Below, piece after piece: positions 26,155 to 39,444 of a DNA stretch of 64,000 bases. Position 1 is the stretch's first letter; every line of letters begins with the position of its first letter. Made by a program: the position numbers and the translations under genes. Source of the stretch: Vicugna vicugna (Eukaryota); contig MU057989.1 of NCBI GenBank assembly GCA_013265495.1, forward strand, positions 635,513 to 699,512, given 5' to 3'. Below the pieces are notes generated by a model that was not told where the DNA came from, made no database searches, and saw only the letters and a program-made list of their open reading frames with translations.

Positions 26155-26411
26155 GGAGTCCGGGGTTGCCGCCGGGAGCTGTGAAGAGAGGGCCTGAACC
26201 TGCTGCCTGCTGTCTCTCTACCCAGGTGATTGAGCCTCAAGGGATGGGCAGGGATGGGGCCCCACCCCTTCTCCTTCCCCAGACTGCGGGTGGCCCCTGG
26301 TTTGGCCTCTGGAACGAGGTTGAAAGGGCTGTTTGTTCCTGCATGGTGACAGTAGTCTCCGCTGCCAGGAGCACTGCTCAGGTATGGGAGGCCAGTTGAT
26401 AAGAACAGGGG

Positions 26412-26515
26412 CCCCAGGCTCAAATCTGAGCTCTGCCACTTACTGGCTGTGTGACACTGGACAGGCCACCTGAGCTCTCTGTGCCGTGGTGTCCTCATTT
26501 GTAACCTGGAAATGA
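26412..26515 (+). mobile_element. MIR SINE core
   Basis: caaatctgagctctgccacttactggctgtgtgac...ctctctgtgcc...cctcatttgtaa. Confidence 0.85.
26444..26505 (-). other. NLRC3: Candidate NLRC3 5' leader exon (62 nt) derived from an antisense MIR
   Basis: tgttcatttccag|GTTACAAATG...CACAGCCA|gtaagt; lies within the MIR core. Confidence 0.6.
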
Positions 26516-26544
26516 ACAGATCTACTCATGAGAAGGGAAGGGTG

Positions 26545-26982
26545 AAAGAAGCCAGTCTGGAAAGGCTGAATGTGGTGTGATTCCAACCCCATGGCATTCT
26601 GGAAAAGGCAAAATTATGGAGACAGTAAGAGGATCAGTGGTTGCTTGGGGTCTTGGGCGAGGAGGGAGTGATGAACTGGCAGAGCACAGAGTATTTCTAG
26701 GGCACTGAAACCACTCTGTGTGATACTGCAGTGCTGGATTCATGTCATTGTACATTGGTCCAAACCCACAGAATGTGCAGCACCAAGGGTGACCCTAATG
26801 TCAACTCTGACCCTGGGTGATAGTGATGTGTCAGTGTGGGTTTATGATTGTAACAAATGTGCCCCCTTAGTTGGGGGCAGATGCAGGTAGGCCAGCTGAG
26901 GGGATAGGGAAATCTCTGGACTTCCCACTCAATTTTTCTATAAACCTAAAAATGCTCAAAAACTAAAGTCTGTTAACTTAAG
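26545..26982 (+). mobile_element. L1MC-type 3' end fragment
   Basis: ggcattctggaaaaggcaaaattatggagacagtaa...ccctaatgt...aaacctaaaa. Confidence 0.75.
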
Positions 26983-26997
26983 AAGGAAAAAGAGAAG

Positions 26998-27147
26998 GAA
27001 GGGTACAGCTCAAGTGGTAGAGTGCATACTTAGCATCACGAGGTCCTGGGTTCAATCCCCAGTGCCTTCACAGAAAAAAAAAATAAATAGATAAATAAAC
27101 AAACAAACAAACAAACAAACAAACAAACAAACCTAATACCTTCCCCT
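26998..27147 (+). mobile_element. Vic-1-like SINE with internal (AAAC)n
   Basis: gggtacagctcaagtggtagagtgcatacttagcat.cacgaggtcctgggttcaatccccag...aaacctaataccttcccc. Confidence 0.85.
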
Positions 27148-27406
27148 AGAAAAAAGAAAGGAGGAGGTGCCAGAAGAGAGGGGAAAGCTGGTTCTCAAAA
27201 CAGCGACACAGCCCCTCTTCTTACTGTGTTCCTAGGACGGTGATGCGAGGTGCTGAGAGGCAAAGCCGTGCCCAGTCCCACCTGCTCCTTGTCCTCTCCG
27301 GGGACTGGAGTGGACCCTGTTGCTAAGGCTGTCCTCCCTGTGTGTCCCTCCCTTAGCTAAGGTGGACACTGGAGGACCCTGAGCCTGCCCCCAGCCCCCT
27401 CCTCAC

Positions 27407-27499
27407 CTGCAGCGAACAGGACGTCCAGCCCACGGCAGCCCTTCCAGCGGGGCCCCAGGAACTCAGAGGGCAGAGATTAGCCATCCCTCGTCCATGGGT
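27407..27499 (-). other. NLRC3: Candidate NLRC3 5' leader exon (93 nt)
   Basis: cctgtcttctctcctag|ACCCATGG...GCTGCAG|gtgagg; strong splice sites. Confidence 0.6.
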
Positions 27500-28301
27500 C
27501 TAGGAGAGAAGACAGGATTTGGGGCTGGGCAGAGGTCACGCCTGGTGCTTCAGATGACAGCGGCTCACTGAAACAGGTTGGCCCACACCCTCCAGCCCTG
27601 CAGCTCTCCAGGTCCCAATATGAGTGACTTAAGTGGGGTCCAGCCCCAAGGATCCAGCACATTCCCCGAACTTGGCTTTGAATTGGGCTTCTGGGGGATT
27701 TTAACTGAGGATGAAGCTTTCTACCTGGAGAATACTAAAAGATTCTTGGAAGCAAGTAAAGTAGCATTTTCTTGGAAACAAATAAAGTAGCATTTTCCAA
27801 CCATTCAGTTCATGGTGATATTGCAGTTAGTGCAACGAATTTGAGGTCAACAGTGTCCAACCCAGCTGAACTAACCTGGGAACTAATCAGAAATAGGCCA
27901 GGGCAAGGCCACAATCCATGCAGTTCCTCAGAACCCTTCTGGCTGTTCTCACTCTTGCATTTTTCTAAGTGTCAAAACCAAGAGGAAAAAAACAGATGGG
28001 ATTTTGATTGAAGTCACGTCATTGTGCACAGATTAATGGTGGTATTATTGAGGTTTTCCTGTAGATTCTTTGCTAAAACTGTTTTTAACTCATCTAGATC
28101 TTGCCCATTTCTTGTGTCTAGGTATTTTTAAATAGCCTTTCTTGTTCTCATGAATTTTGTTGGTGTCAAAGAAGACAATTTTTGTGTATTTTATCTTGTT
28201 AAGTATTTGTATTAATTCTCATCATTTTTTAGTTAACTCTTTTCAGGCTTTTGAGTTACTGCAATACAAATAATTTCATCTCTTCTCTAAAAGTGTAACT
28301 C

Positions 28302-28414
28302 TTGTTTGCTGAGGGGGAGGTAATTAAGTTTCTTCCTTGAATTCTGCTTGGAGGAGGCACTGGGGATTGAACCCGGGGCCTCGTGGGTGCTGAGCATGAG
28401 CTATACCCTTCCCC
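28302..28414 (-). mobile_element. Vic-1-like SINE, internally deleted, with 15-bp TSD
   Basis: ctggggattgaacccggggcctcgtg...gagctataccc; flanks ctaaaagtgtaactc (28287-28301) and ctaaaagtataactc (28415-28429). Confidence 0.8.
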
Positions 28415-29084
28415 CTAAAAGTATAACTCGTACTTTGAGCAACGTCTCTGCGTGGCCGAGCAATGTGGAAGGACCGCGGGTCTAGCAGACATCCTTGTCT
28501 CACTCCTGACTCTCCCAGGAGTGGTTCTAGCCCAAACTGTTAGACCTGATGTTAGTGACAGGTTTCTAATTGGTTTTCTTCTCCTCTTGGAAAAGATTCC
28601 TTCAATTCCTCATTTCTTCTTGCCGCTCAGGTAACATTATGTGATGCTTACGGAAGGCTCACTGTGCTCTGGACGTCATTTTACATCTTGTAACAACCAG
28701 GTGGTAACGGTAAAAATATCCCCCTTACCCAAAGAATATTTTTTAATATTTGCTTGTATTTCTCATTGTGCTTTTATGAGTTTTGTACTTAAACTGGTTA
28801 AGCCAAACTGAAGTTAAATTTCGTATTTAATATGAAGTATTACATTTACCATCATTTCTCCCATTTTATAGAAGAAGACACTGAGACTCAGAGCGGTTAA
28901 ATGACTTTCCCAAGGCTACACGACTGGGAAGCAGTTGAGTTGGGACAGAAACCAAGGCTTCACTGACAACATTCCTGCCTCTTAAGGTATGTTTACACAT
29001 TGAAAAAAAAATTTTATGCATGACTGTTAAATTAGCCAATGGCTTTTTAGCAATATGGTATAATCACATGATTTACTTGCAATC

Positions 29085-29600
29085 GTTTGTCCAGCTGGCA
29101 GGTATTTATTGAGGGCCTTTTGTGTGCTGCAGGCGCTGGGGGCGTAAAGGTGAACAGTTGGACAAAGTCCTTAACCTGTGAGTGTGGCGGGGGTGGGGGA
29201 CAATGACAGTAGTGAAGAAAACAAGTGAATCAGTAAGGCCATTCTGATGGCGATTAGTGCCGTGAGTGACATAAACGGGGAGTGACGGAGAGGGTCTAGG
29301 TCCTGGGGGAGGCAATGGTTTTAGTCTGGTGGCCAAGGAAGGCCTCTGAGAAGGCAGAGATGTGAACGGTGAGAAAGAGGTAGTCATGCAAAGAGCTCCA
29401 GGAACAGCAAGTGCGAATATACCTTGTGTGTTAGAGGAGCAGAGAAAGGTCAGAGTTGCTGGGGCACAGTGATCAGCGAGCGGCTCACACAAGGGGTTAG
29501 GAGACAGGGGCAGAGGGCGCTTGAGACCTGTCACGGTCCAGAGGAGCTGGGGTGTGTCTAAGTGCGGTGGGAAGCCACTGGAGAGAGTGACATGACTGAT
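29085..29600 (-). mobile_element. L2 3' remnant
   Basis: tatttattgagggcc..tgtgtgc..ggcgctgggg resembles the L2 3' end. Confidence 0.6.
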
Positions 29601-29699
29601 GTCTACCAGAGCTCTCCTTTGATCTGTGAGCTACACTAACAGATTTTCTAACATCAAACCAAGCTTACATTCTTGAATATTGTCTTCCATTAATATCAG

Positions 29700-30715
29700 G
29701 TATATATAATACAGAATATAGAGTCCAGGAACAAATACATATTTATATTATTTATGTATGAAGGAGTTTGGTAATACGACAAAAGTAATATTTCAGGTTA
29801 GTGGAAATGGTGTTGGGGCAATTGGCCAGCCTATGGGAAAAAAATTGTTTTGAACTATACTTCACATTAAACACGAAATTTAACTTCAGTTCAGATTAAC
29901 CAGTTTAAATACAAAACCATAAAAGCTTAATGAGAAATATGAGAGAATACTTTAAAATATACTTTGGGTAAGGGGCATTTTTTTCACACAAGGCTTAAAA
30001 TCCAGGAGTCATAAAAGGGAAGATTGACAGATTTGTCTTAATTTAATAATTCTAAATAAAATAATAGATGCCATAAGTAAAACTGAAAGAAAACTTCAAG
30101 CCTAGATTCAACATTGCAACATATATGAAAGACTATCACTATTTTCAATATATAAAGAACTCTTAAAATCAATACGAAGGCAATAAGTCCCAAATAGGAT
30201 CATGAACACAGATAGGAACAGAAAAAGGACACAGACAATGCATGGAAATCCAAGTGACCAAGATACTGAAAAGATGCTCAGTCTCACTAACGGACAAGAA
30301 AAAAACTAAGCAGTGAGCTATCATTTGTCATCTGTGTAATTGGCAAAGATCACGGTGACGTAACAGGCTGCATTGGTGAGAAGGTGGGGGTGGAAGGAAT
30401 CTTAATATATGGTTGGTAGGAGGGTAAATCAGTGTGATTCTGGACCCTAATTAATTTGTCATTATTTATTGCCAGTAAATATCTTTGATCCAGAAGTTCC
30501 ACTTCTGGGAATTTATCCTAATAATTGGACAAGTGCACAAATATGTGCTTATAAGAATGGTCCTGAAATGTGGTTTATAGCAGTGAGAAACTGAAGGGGA
30601 AAAAATGAAATTTCTATCCAAAGAGGATTGGTAAAATTATCAGTTACACAGTGGAGAACTATGTGGCCGTAAAAAAATAGCAAGGTCAAACCGGAAATGT
30701 CCACAGTGTATTTTT
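29700..30715 (+). mobile_element. Old, highly decayed L1 3' fragment
   Basis: A-rich ORF2-end and 3' UTR-like sequence (aaaagatgctca..ctcactaa; ttccacttctgggaatttatcct). Confidence 0.7.
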
Positions 30716-30744
30716 TGTCTCTTAATGGTATAAAGGTTTTAATC

Positions 30745-33700
30745 AGTTTTTAAAGGTATAATCTATACACAATAAAATGGACATTTCAGGTGCAGAGTTA
30801 TGTGGATTCTGACAAATGTGTACACCTAGGTAACATCTACTGCAGTCAAGACATTGATCATTTCTTTCTTCAAAAAAATGTTCCCTCATGCCCCTCTGCT
30901 GTCCATCCCAACCACAACCCCCTGGCCCTAAGCCATCCGTCTTTTTTTCACTATAGATTAGTTTTGCCTTTTCTAGAATTTCATATAAATGATCTACAAT
31001 GTATTTTTTTTCACTTTGGTAAAATACACATAACACGATTACCATCTGAGCTATTTTTAAGTGCTTAGGTCAGTGGTATTAAATACATTCACACCGTTGT
31101 GCAACCATCACCACCATTATCCCGTAACTGTTTTTATCTTATAAAACTCAAACTCTGTACTCATTAAACAGCTCCTCATTCTCCCCTCCCCCAGCCCCAG
31201 GCAACCACCATTCTACTTTCTGTCTTTATGAATTTGATGACTCTAGGGACCTCATGTAAGTGGACGCATGCAGTATTTGTCCTTTTGCATCTGGCCTCTT
31301 TCACTGAGCATCGTGTTTTCCAGGTTCACCCATGTTACAACATGTGTCAGAATTTCATTCCCTTTTATGGCTGAGTCAAATCTCGTTGAATTATATACCA
31401 CATTTTGCTTATCTAGTCACCTGTCAATGAATACTTGAGTTGCTTTTATGTTTCAGCTTTTGCCAATAATGCTCTTTAACATGGGTGCACAAATCTCTCT
31501 TCAAGACCTTGCTTGCAATTCTTTAGGGTACATACCCAGATATATGGTAACTCTATTTTTAATTTTTTGAGGCGCTGCTACACTGTTTTCCGAAGCAGCT
31601 TTAGCATTTTACAGTCCCACCAACAGTATATAAGTTTTCAGTTTCTCCACATTCTCGCTGGAATGTGCTGTTCTCTGGTTTTTCTGATGGCAGCCCTCCT
31701 AATGTGTGTGCAGTGGGGTCTCACTGTGGTCTTGATTTGTCTTTCCCTAATGAATAGCAATGCTGGGTCTCATTTCATATGCTTATTGGCCATTCATATA
31801 TATTCTTTGGAGAAATTGCTATTCAAATCCTTAGCCCATTTTTGAATCAGGTTATTTGGGTTTTTGTTATTGTCGAGTTCTCTACATATTCTGGATATTA
31901 AATCCTTACCAGATATATGATTTGCAAATATTTTCTCTCATCCTGTGGGTTGCTTTTTTTACTTTGTCGATCATGTCTTTTGCTGCATAGAATTGTTTAA
32001 TTTTCACGAAGTCCAGTTTGTCTAATTTTTCTTTTGTTACCTGTGCCTTCAGTATCATACCCAAGAAATCACTGCCAAATCCCATGTTGTAAAGCTTTGT
32101 CCTATGTTTTCTTCTAAGAGGTTTATTGGTTTAGGTCTTACATTTAGGTCCTTTATCCATTGTGAGTTAATTTTTGTATATGGTATTAGGTAAGGATCTA
32201 AGTTCATTCTTTTGCAGATGGATATCCAGTTTTCACAGCACCATTTGTTGAAAAGACTGTGCTTTCCTCATTGAATGGTCATAGCATCCTTGTCAAAATC
32301 ATCTGACATGAGGGTTTATTGCTGGGTTCTGTATTCTAGTCCATTGGTGTACTTGTCTGTCTTTATACTAATACCACACAGTTTTGATTACTGTCACTTT
32401 GTGGTACATTTTGAAATTAAGAAGTGTGGGTCCTATAGTTTTGCTCTTCTTTTTCAAGATTGTTTCGGTTATTTGGGGTACCTTGAAATTCCATGTGAAT
32501 TTTAAGTTGGGTTTTTCTATTTCTGCAAAGAAAAAAAAAGTCATTGAAATTTTGACAGGGATTGCATTGAATTGATAGATGACTTTTGGTAGTACTGACA
32601 TTTTAAAAATATTGCTTCAAGTTCATGAACATGGCATGTGTTTCCATTTATTTATGTCTTCTTTAATTCAGCAGTGTTTTGTAGTCTTCCTCATACAGCT
32701 CTTTTACCTCCTTGATTAAGTTAGTTCCTAAGCATTTTATTCTTTTTGATGCTGTTGTGATTGGAATTGTTTTTGTGGTTTTCTTTTCAGGTTGTTCATT
32801 GTTCATGTATAGAAATGAAGTTGAGTTTTGTGTGTTGACTTTGTGTCCTGCTACTTTGATGAATTCACTTTTTAGTTCTAACAGTTGTTTTCTGGAATCT
32901 TTAGGATTTTCTACATAAACAGCCATATCATCTGCAAAAGGATGACTTTACTTCTTCCTTTCCAATTTGGATGTCTTTTCTATATGGCCTTTTATGGCCA
33001 CGTAATTTCCCACTGTATAACTGGGCCATAATAATTTTACCCATCCTCTTTGGATAGAAATTTAGTTTTTCCCCCTTCGATTTCTTTTTCTTGCCTAATT
33101 TCTCTGGCTAGAACTTCCACTACCATGTTGAATAGAATCGGGGAAGGCAGGCATCTTTACCTTATTCCTGATCTTGGAGGAAACACTGTCAGTCTTTCAC
33201 CACTGAGTATGATGTTTGCTCTGAGTTTTTCATATATGGATTTTATTATGTGGAGGTAGATTCCTTCTATTCCTAGCTCACTGAGTATTATTTTTATCAT
33301 GAAAGGATGTTCGATTTTGTTAAATGCTTTTTCTGTGTCAGTTGAGATGAACATGTGGATTTTTTCCTTCATTTTGTTTATGTGACATATTACTTGGATC
33401 GATTTTCCATGTTGAACCATCTTTGTATTCCATGAATAAATTCCAGTTGGTTTTTGTTGAAGATGTTTGCATCAGTGTTCATAAGGCATATCTATAGTTT
33501 TCTTTTGTTATAGTATCTTTGTTTGACTCCAGTGTCAGAGTAATGCTGGCCTCATAGAATGAGTTGGGAAGTGTTCCCTCCTCTTCAACTTTTTGGAAAA
33601 GTTTGAGAAGGATTGGTATTGCTTCTTCTTTAAATGTTCGGTAGAATTCACTAGTGAAGCCATCAGGTCCAGAGCTTTTCTTTACTGTGAGATTTTTAAA

Positions 33701-36025
33701 TTAATGATTACTCCTTCCTTATAGGTTTCCTTTCTAGTTCTGGATCTATTCAGATTTTCTATTTCGTTGTCATTTACTTTTGGTAGATTTTGTGTTTCTA
33801 GGACTTCTTCATCCATTTCAACTAGGTTGTCCAGTGTGCTGGGATACAGTTTTTCATAGCACTCTCTTTTAATCCTTTTTATTTTTATAGAATGAGTAGT
33901 AATTTTCCCACTTTCTTTTCCATTTTTAATAATCTGAGTCATCTCTCTGTTTTCTTAGTGCATCTAGCTAAAGGTTTGCCAATTTTATCAATCTTTTTGA
34001 AGAGCCAACTTTTGGTGTCATTGATTTTTCTCTGCTGTTTTTCTATTCTCTTTTTTATTTATCTCTCATCTTTATTATTTCCTTCTTCCTGCTAGGTTTG
34101 GTTTAGTTTGTTCTTCTTTTTCTAGTTTCTTAAGTTGTAAAGTTGGGTTGTTGATTTGAGATCTTTCCTGTTCTTTAATGTAAGTGCTTAGAGCTGTCAA
34201 TTTCCCCCTAAGCACAACTTTCACCATGTCCCATAAGTTTGGTGTGTTGTGTTTTCATTTTTATTCATCTCTGAGTATTTTATAATTTCCCTTGTGAATT
34301 CGTTAATACATTAGTGATTTAAAAGTGTATTGTTTAATCTCCAAAATTTTATGAATTTTCCAGTTTTTCTTCTGTTATTGATTTCTGACTTCATCCCATT
34401 GTAGTTAGAGAAAATACTCTGTATGGTATCTATCTTTTAAAATCTATTAAGACTTAATTTGTGGCTTAACACATGGTCAGTCTTTTTAAATGTCCCATGT
34501 GCACTTGAGAAGAATATTCTTTTATTGTTGGGTAGAGTATTCTGTATGTGTCCATTAGATCTAGTTGGTTTATTGTGTTAAGACTTCTATTTCCTTGTTT
34601 GCTTTCTGTCTGGTTGTTCTGTCCATTATTGTGAGTGGGGTATTGAAGCCTCCAGGTACTTACTGTAGCACTATTTATTTCTCCCTTCAGTTCTGTCAAT
34701 TTTTGTGTCAGATATTTTGATGGTCTGTCATTAGGTGTATAATGTTTATAATTGTTATATCTTCTTGCTGTTTTTCTTTGTCTCATAACTTATAACTTTT
34801 ATTGATTTAAAGTCTTTTTTGTCTGATATCAGTGTAGCTACCCCTGCTCTCTTTTGGTTACTACTTTCATGGAATATCTTTTTTTGTCCTTTGATTTTCA
34901 ACCTATTTGTGTCTTTGGATCTAAAGTGAGTATCTCGTTGATAGCATATATAGTTTGATTACATGGTTTTCTCCATGCTGCCAGTCTCTGTCTTTTGATT
35001 AGAGAGCTTAATCCATTTACATTTAAAGTAATTGCTGATAAGAAGTCATTGTGCTATTTGTTTTCTTTATGCTTTGTAGCTTATTTCTTGCATTATCATC
35101 TTTGTATTTAGTTGATTTTTTATAGTGAAATGTTTGAATTCTGTTCTCATTTCTTATTGTGTACATATTTTACTTATTTGTGTGTGTGTGGTTACCATGA
35201 GATTACACTTAACATCCTAAAGTTATAATACTCTAATTTCAACTTATACTAGCTTAACTTCAATAATATACAAAAACTTTGCTCCTTTACAGCTTTTTCA
35301 TCACCCCTTTCGGTTGTTGATGTCACAGTATTACATTTTTATACATTGTGTGCCCCAAAACATAAACTAATAATTCTTTTAAATTCTTTACACTCTTATA
35401 TAGAAAACAAAGTTTGGAGTTACAAACCAAAGTTACAGTAATACTAGCTTGTACACTAATAATTTTTTTTCTTTAAATGTATTGATATCTTAAATCATGT
35501 AGGAAACAAAAAGTGCAGTTACAAATAACTACACTGTTACAATAATACTAGTGTTTATAATTGCCATGTATTTACTCTTATTGAGATCTTTATTTCTGAA
35601 TCTGACTTTGAGTCTAGTGTCCTTTTATTTCACTCTACAGGACCCCCCCGAGCATTTCTTGCAGGGCAGGTCTTGTGGTCATGAACTCCTTCAGCTTTTG
35701 TTTTTCTGGGAATGTCTTAATTTCCACCTTAATTTTGAAGAGTAGTTTTCTTGGATACAGGACTCTTGGTTGATAGTTTTTTTTTCCTTTGAGCACTTTG
35801 AATATGTCAGCCTATGCTTTTCTGGCCTCCAAACTTTCGGATGAGAAGTCTGCTGATAATCTGAGGATCCCTTGTGTGTGACAATTTGCTTCTCCCTTCT
35901 TAATTTCAAGGTCCTCTTTGTCTTTGTTTTTTGAAAGTTTGATTATAATGTGTTTTGGTGTGGGTGTCTTTGAATTAATCTAATCTAATTTAGAGTTTGT
36001 TGAGCTTCCTGGAGGTTTTACATTG
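30745..36025 (-). mobile_element. Long (~5.3 kb) decayed L1, ORF1 end through ORF2 to 3' UTR
   Basis: Colinear broken ORFs: ORF1 end (35691-35909), endonuclease-like (34466-34786), RT (ISTDTEKAFNKIEHPFMIK, YVENPKDS), [15 protein letters not shown]...VIKTVWY. Confidence 0.92.
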
Positions 36026-36319
36026 TCTTTTTATGTGGGAAAAAATGTGCAAAAAAATAGGATACATTTTTGTCTTGTCAGAGAATAGCTGGAAAATGTA
36101 TGACAGTGGGATTAAGGACTTGTTTCTTATTTTGTGAATTTCAATTGCTTAGATTTTGCTAACAAACATGTATTGCTCCCCGCCTCCAATTTAATAGATT
36201 GCTTACAGAATTCGAAAAACCAAAATCATTTGAATAATACAAAAGTAAGTACAGTATATACCTCACTTCCACTCCCCAGGAATAACACTTTCTGGTTGAT
36301 GGTTTGCTTTTTTAAAAAA

Positions 36320-38075
36320 TTAGGTGCTGGTGCAATAGGGCAAATGAAAGAAATAAAAGACATAAAGATTGGAAAAGGAAAAAAATAAAACTCTCACTAT
36401 TCACAGTTGACGTGATTTATATATTGAAAATACAAAAGAATCTATAATAGAACTATTAGAACTAATGTGTTAACTTAGCAAGGTTTCTGGACACTAGATC
36501 AGTACAAAAAAAGATCAGTTATATTTCTATTTACTAGCAACAATCAAATCAGAGGTAAAAAATTTAAAAACCATTTAAAAAATCAAATATATAAGAATAA
36601 ATCTAGCAAAGCATTTGCATGACCTCTACACTGAAAACCATAAAACCATACTAAGAGAAATTTAAAAAGACCCAAAGTAGGGGTTTGCCATGTTCATGGA
36701 TTGGAAGTCTCAAAATTATTAAGATGTCATTTCTTCCCCAATTGATCTATAGATTGACATCCAATCAAAATCTCAGCAGATTTTTGGGAGAGAGAGAGGG
36801 GAGGGTGGAAATTGGCAAGCTGATTCTAAAACATATACATAAATGCAAAAGACCCTGGAATAGTCGAAGAAATCTCAAAGAAGAAGAACAAAGCCTGAGG
36901 GCTTACACTACCCAATATCAAGATTTAGTATAGAGCTATAGGTATTGGTACAAGAGCAGACAAATAGACCAATGCAGTAGAATAGAGCATCCAGAAAGAG
37001 ACCCACACACATATATGGTCACCTGATTTATAACAAGGGCTCCACTGCAAATCAGTTGAGAAAGGATGGTCTTTGCATTGAATTGTGCTGGCTAATGGAA
37101 TGTTCATATGGGAAAAAAAGAAGCTTGATTCCTACCTCACACCATACACAAAAAACTAACTAAAGCCGGATCATAGATCTAAATGTGAATGCTAACATGG
37201 TCAAGCCTTAGAAAACATACAGGAGAATATCTTTATGAATTTGGTCTAAGTAAGGATTAAACAGAGCACAAAAAGCACTAACCATGAAAGAAAAGAACAC
37301 TATATTGGGATTCATTAAAATTAGGAATGTCTGCTCATTAGAAGACAGCGTGAAAAGGGGGAAGAGCAAACTACTGACTAGGAGACAATTCCCAAACACA
37401 TTAAAAAAAATCAGTAAGAAACCAGACACCCAATGAAAAACTGAGCAGAAAATTTGAAGAATGTCACAAAAGAACATATCATTAGACATCAGAGAAATGC
37501 AAATTAAGATCACTCTAGAAAAATGTTTAGTAGTAATAAGGCTAAATGTGCATATTTCTGTGACCCAGCCATTCCCCTCCTGGGTATATACCCAACAAAA
37601 ACCAGTGTTTATTCCACCAAAACACAGTGTCAGAATGTTTTTTAGCAGCTTTATTCATAAAGTCCAAAAAAGTAGAAACAACCAATGTCTATCAACTGAA
37701 GAATGGGATTTGGGGGGGTATGTTCGCACAATGAATTACTACGTAAGAGTGAAAAAGAATAGACTACTGATCTCCTCAGCCATACGGCTGACTCTCACAG
37801 ACACTGCGAGTGGAAGCAGTCGGACACAAAACAACACACTCTGTGCCTCCATTTGTAGGGAGTTTAAAGTCAGGCCCCACCACTCTGAAATGTTAGGAGT
37901 CATAGCAGCGGTTGCCCTTAGAGATGGTTCTGATTGGACGGGGGCCTGAGGCAGCCTTCTTGGGTGCTGGAAACTCCTCTGTATTAACTTGGATGGTGTA
38001 CACACCGGCATGTACATAAATAAAAAGTCACAGAGCTCACCATACTGTCTAAGTTACACCTCAATTTAGAAAAAG
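36320..38075 (+). mobile_element. Decayed L1 ORF2 3' half and 3' UTR
   Basis: MPCSWIGSLKIIKMSFLPQLIYR (36685); cctcacaccatacacaaaaa. Confidence 0.88.
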
Positions 38076-38369
38076 TTCTGCTAGCAGCTATCTGAAAGTT
38101 CAAATGTATGTAAACTGAAACAAAGCAATGCTACCATGCTACCTAGCACATGAGGCCGGGCCACTTGGGCTTCTGTCCTGCTCTCAGACAGGGTGCTGTC
38201 AGGTGTGGCTGGACACAGCCTCCTGCCATTGGATGACCAGCTTCACCCACCAGCTAACAGACTGCCTCGGTGAGGGTAGGATGGTGGCCAGCAGTGCGAG
38301 GGGACCACGCTGAAGGGCTCAGTGCTTCTCGGCTCTGGCAGAACATTGTCCGGAGCACTGTACTTTTTA

Positions 38370-38925
38370 GTTTAATTTTAACTTGGTGTCAAAATGTACA
38401 TAACACAAACTTTACTATTTTAACCATTTTTAAGCATTCAATTCAGTGGCAATAAGTACATTTCCAATGTTGTGCAGTCACCATCCACCTCTAGAACCTT
38501 TTCATCCTCCTAAATGGAAACTCTGTACCCACTGAACACTGAGACCCCATCCCCTTCCCCAGCCCCTGTAACCACCATATTCTGCTTTTTGTCTCTGTGA
38601 ATCTGACAACTCTGTATGTTTCATATAAGGGAAATAATAGGGTATTTGTCTTTTTGCATCTGGCCTCTTTCACCGAGCATAATGTTTTCCAGGTTCAACC
38701 CTGTTGTAATATGTATTAGGATTTTGTACTCCCTTTTAAGGCCAACTCATAGTCCATTTTATGGGTAGACCACATTTTGTTTATTCATTCATACATCAGT
38801 AGACCTTAGGTTGTTTCCACCTTTTGGCTCTTGTGAATAATGCTGCTAAGGACAAACAGGCCCTGCTTTCTTTCAACTCTTTGGGGTATAAACCTAGACG
38901 TGGAATTGCTGGAATATATGGTCAT
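38370..38925 (-). mobile_element. L1M(B)-type 3' end fragment
   Basis: ttaaccatttttaag...gttgtttccaccttttggct..tgtgaataatgctgct. Confidence 0.85.
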
Positions 38926-39262
38926 TCCATGGAGCACTATTCTTAAAAAGCCACTGCTCAGCCCAGCCGCCCAGAGATTTAATTGGTTTGATGTTGAGCC
39001 CCAACAAGTATACATTTTAAATCTACCCAGGTGGTTCTAATAAGCAGCCAGCATTGAGAACCACTGGGCCAGACAGAGGTTAGTAAGGTGACAAAGAAGG
39101 GACAACAAAGTGAAGCGGGAGGAAGAGGCAGGCCTGCGTGTGTCTGGGAAGGTGGGAGGGCGAGCTCCCCCACCTCTGTGGCCTCCTGTTAACCACTCAA
39201 CAGTGGAGGCCAACACTCCCCCCTGATCAGACACCAATCTCTCTTGCCCGCTGACCTCACTG

Positions 39263-39444
39263 AGGGTTGCCAGACTTAGCAAATTAAGATACAGATGGAA
39301 TTCCAGTGGAATTTGAATGTCAGATAAACAACATTTAATTTTTTTAGTGTATCTTATATAACACTTGGGACATACTTAAAAAAAATCATTGTTTACCTGA
39401 GACTCAAAATTAACAGGGTGTTCTGTACTTTATCTGGTACCCCT
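39263..39444. mobile_element. MER33-like hAT-Charlie element
   Basis: Imperfect TIRs agggttgccag / ctggtacccct; aatttgaatgtcagataaacaac. Confidence 0.7.

Noticed and set aside
26155..26220. Unspliced upstream extension of NLRC3 ([22 protein letters not shown])
   Set aside because: Closed by an in-frame TAG at 26220-26218 with no ATG in between
27001..27070. tRNA-like sequence with A and B boxes
   Set aside because: Head of a SINE with an A-rich tail and three related copies in the window; not a tRNA gene
30745..36025. Reverse transcriptase and endonuclease-like ORF pieces as an active or domesticated gene
   Set aside because: Many stops and frameshifts; ordinary fossil L1
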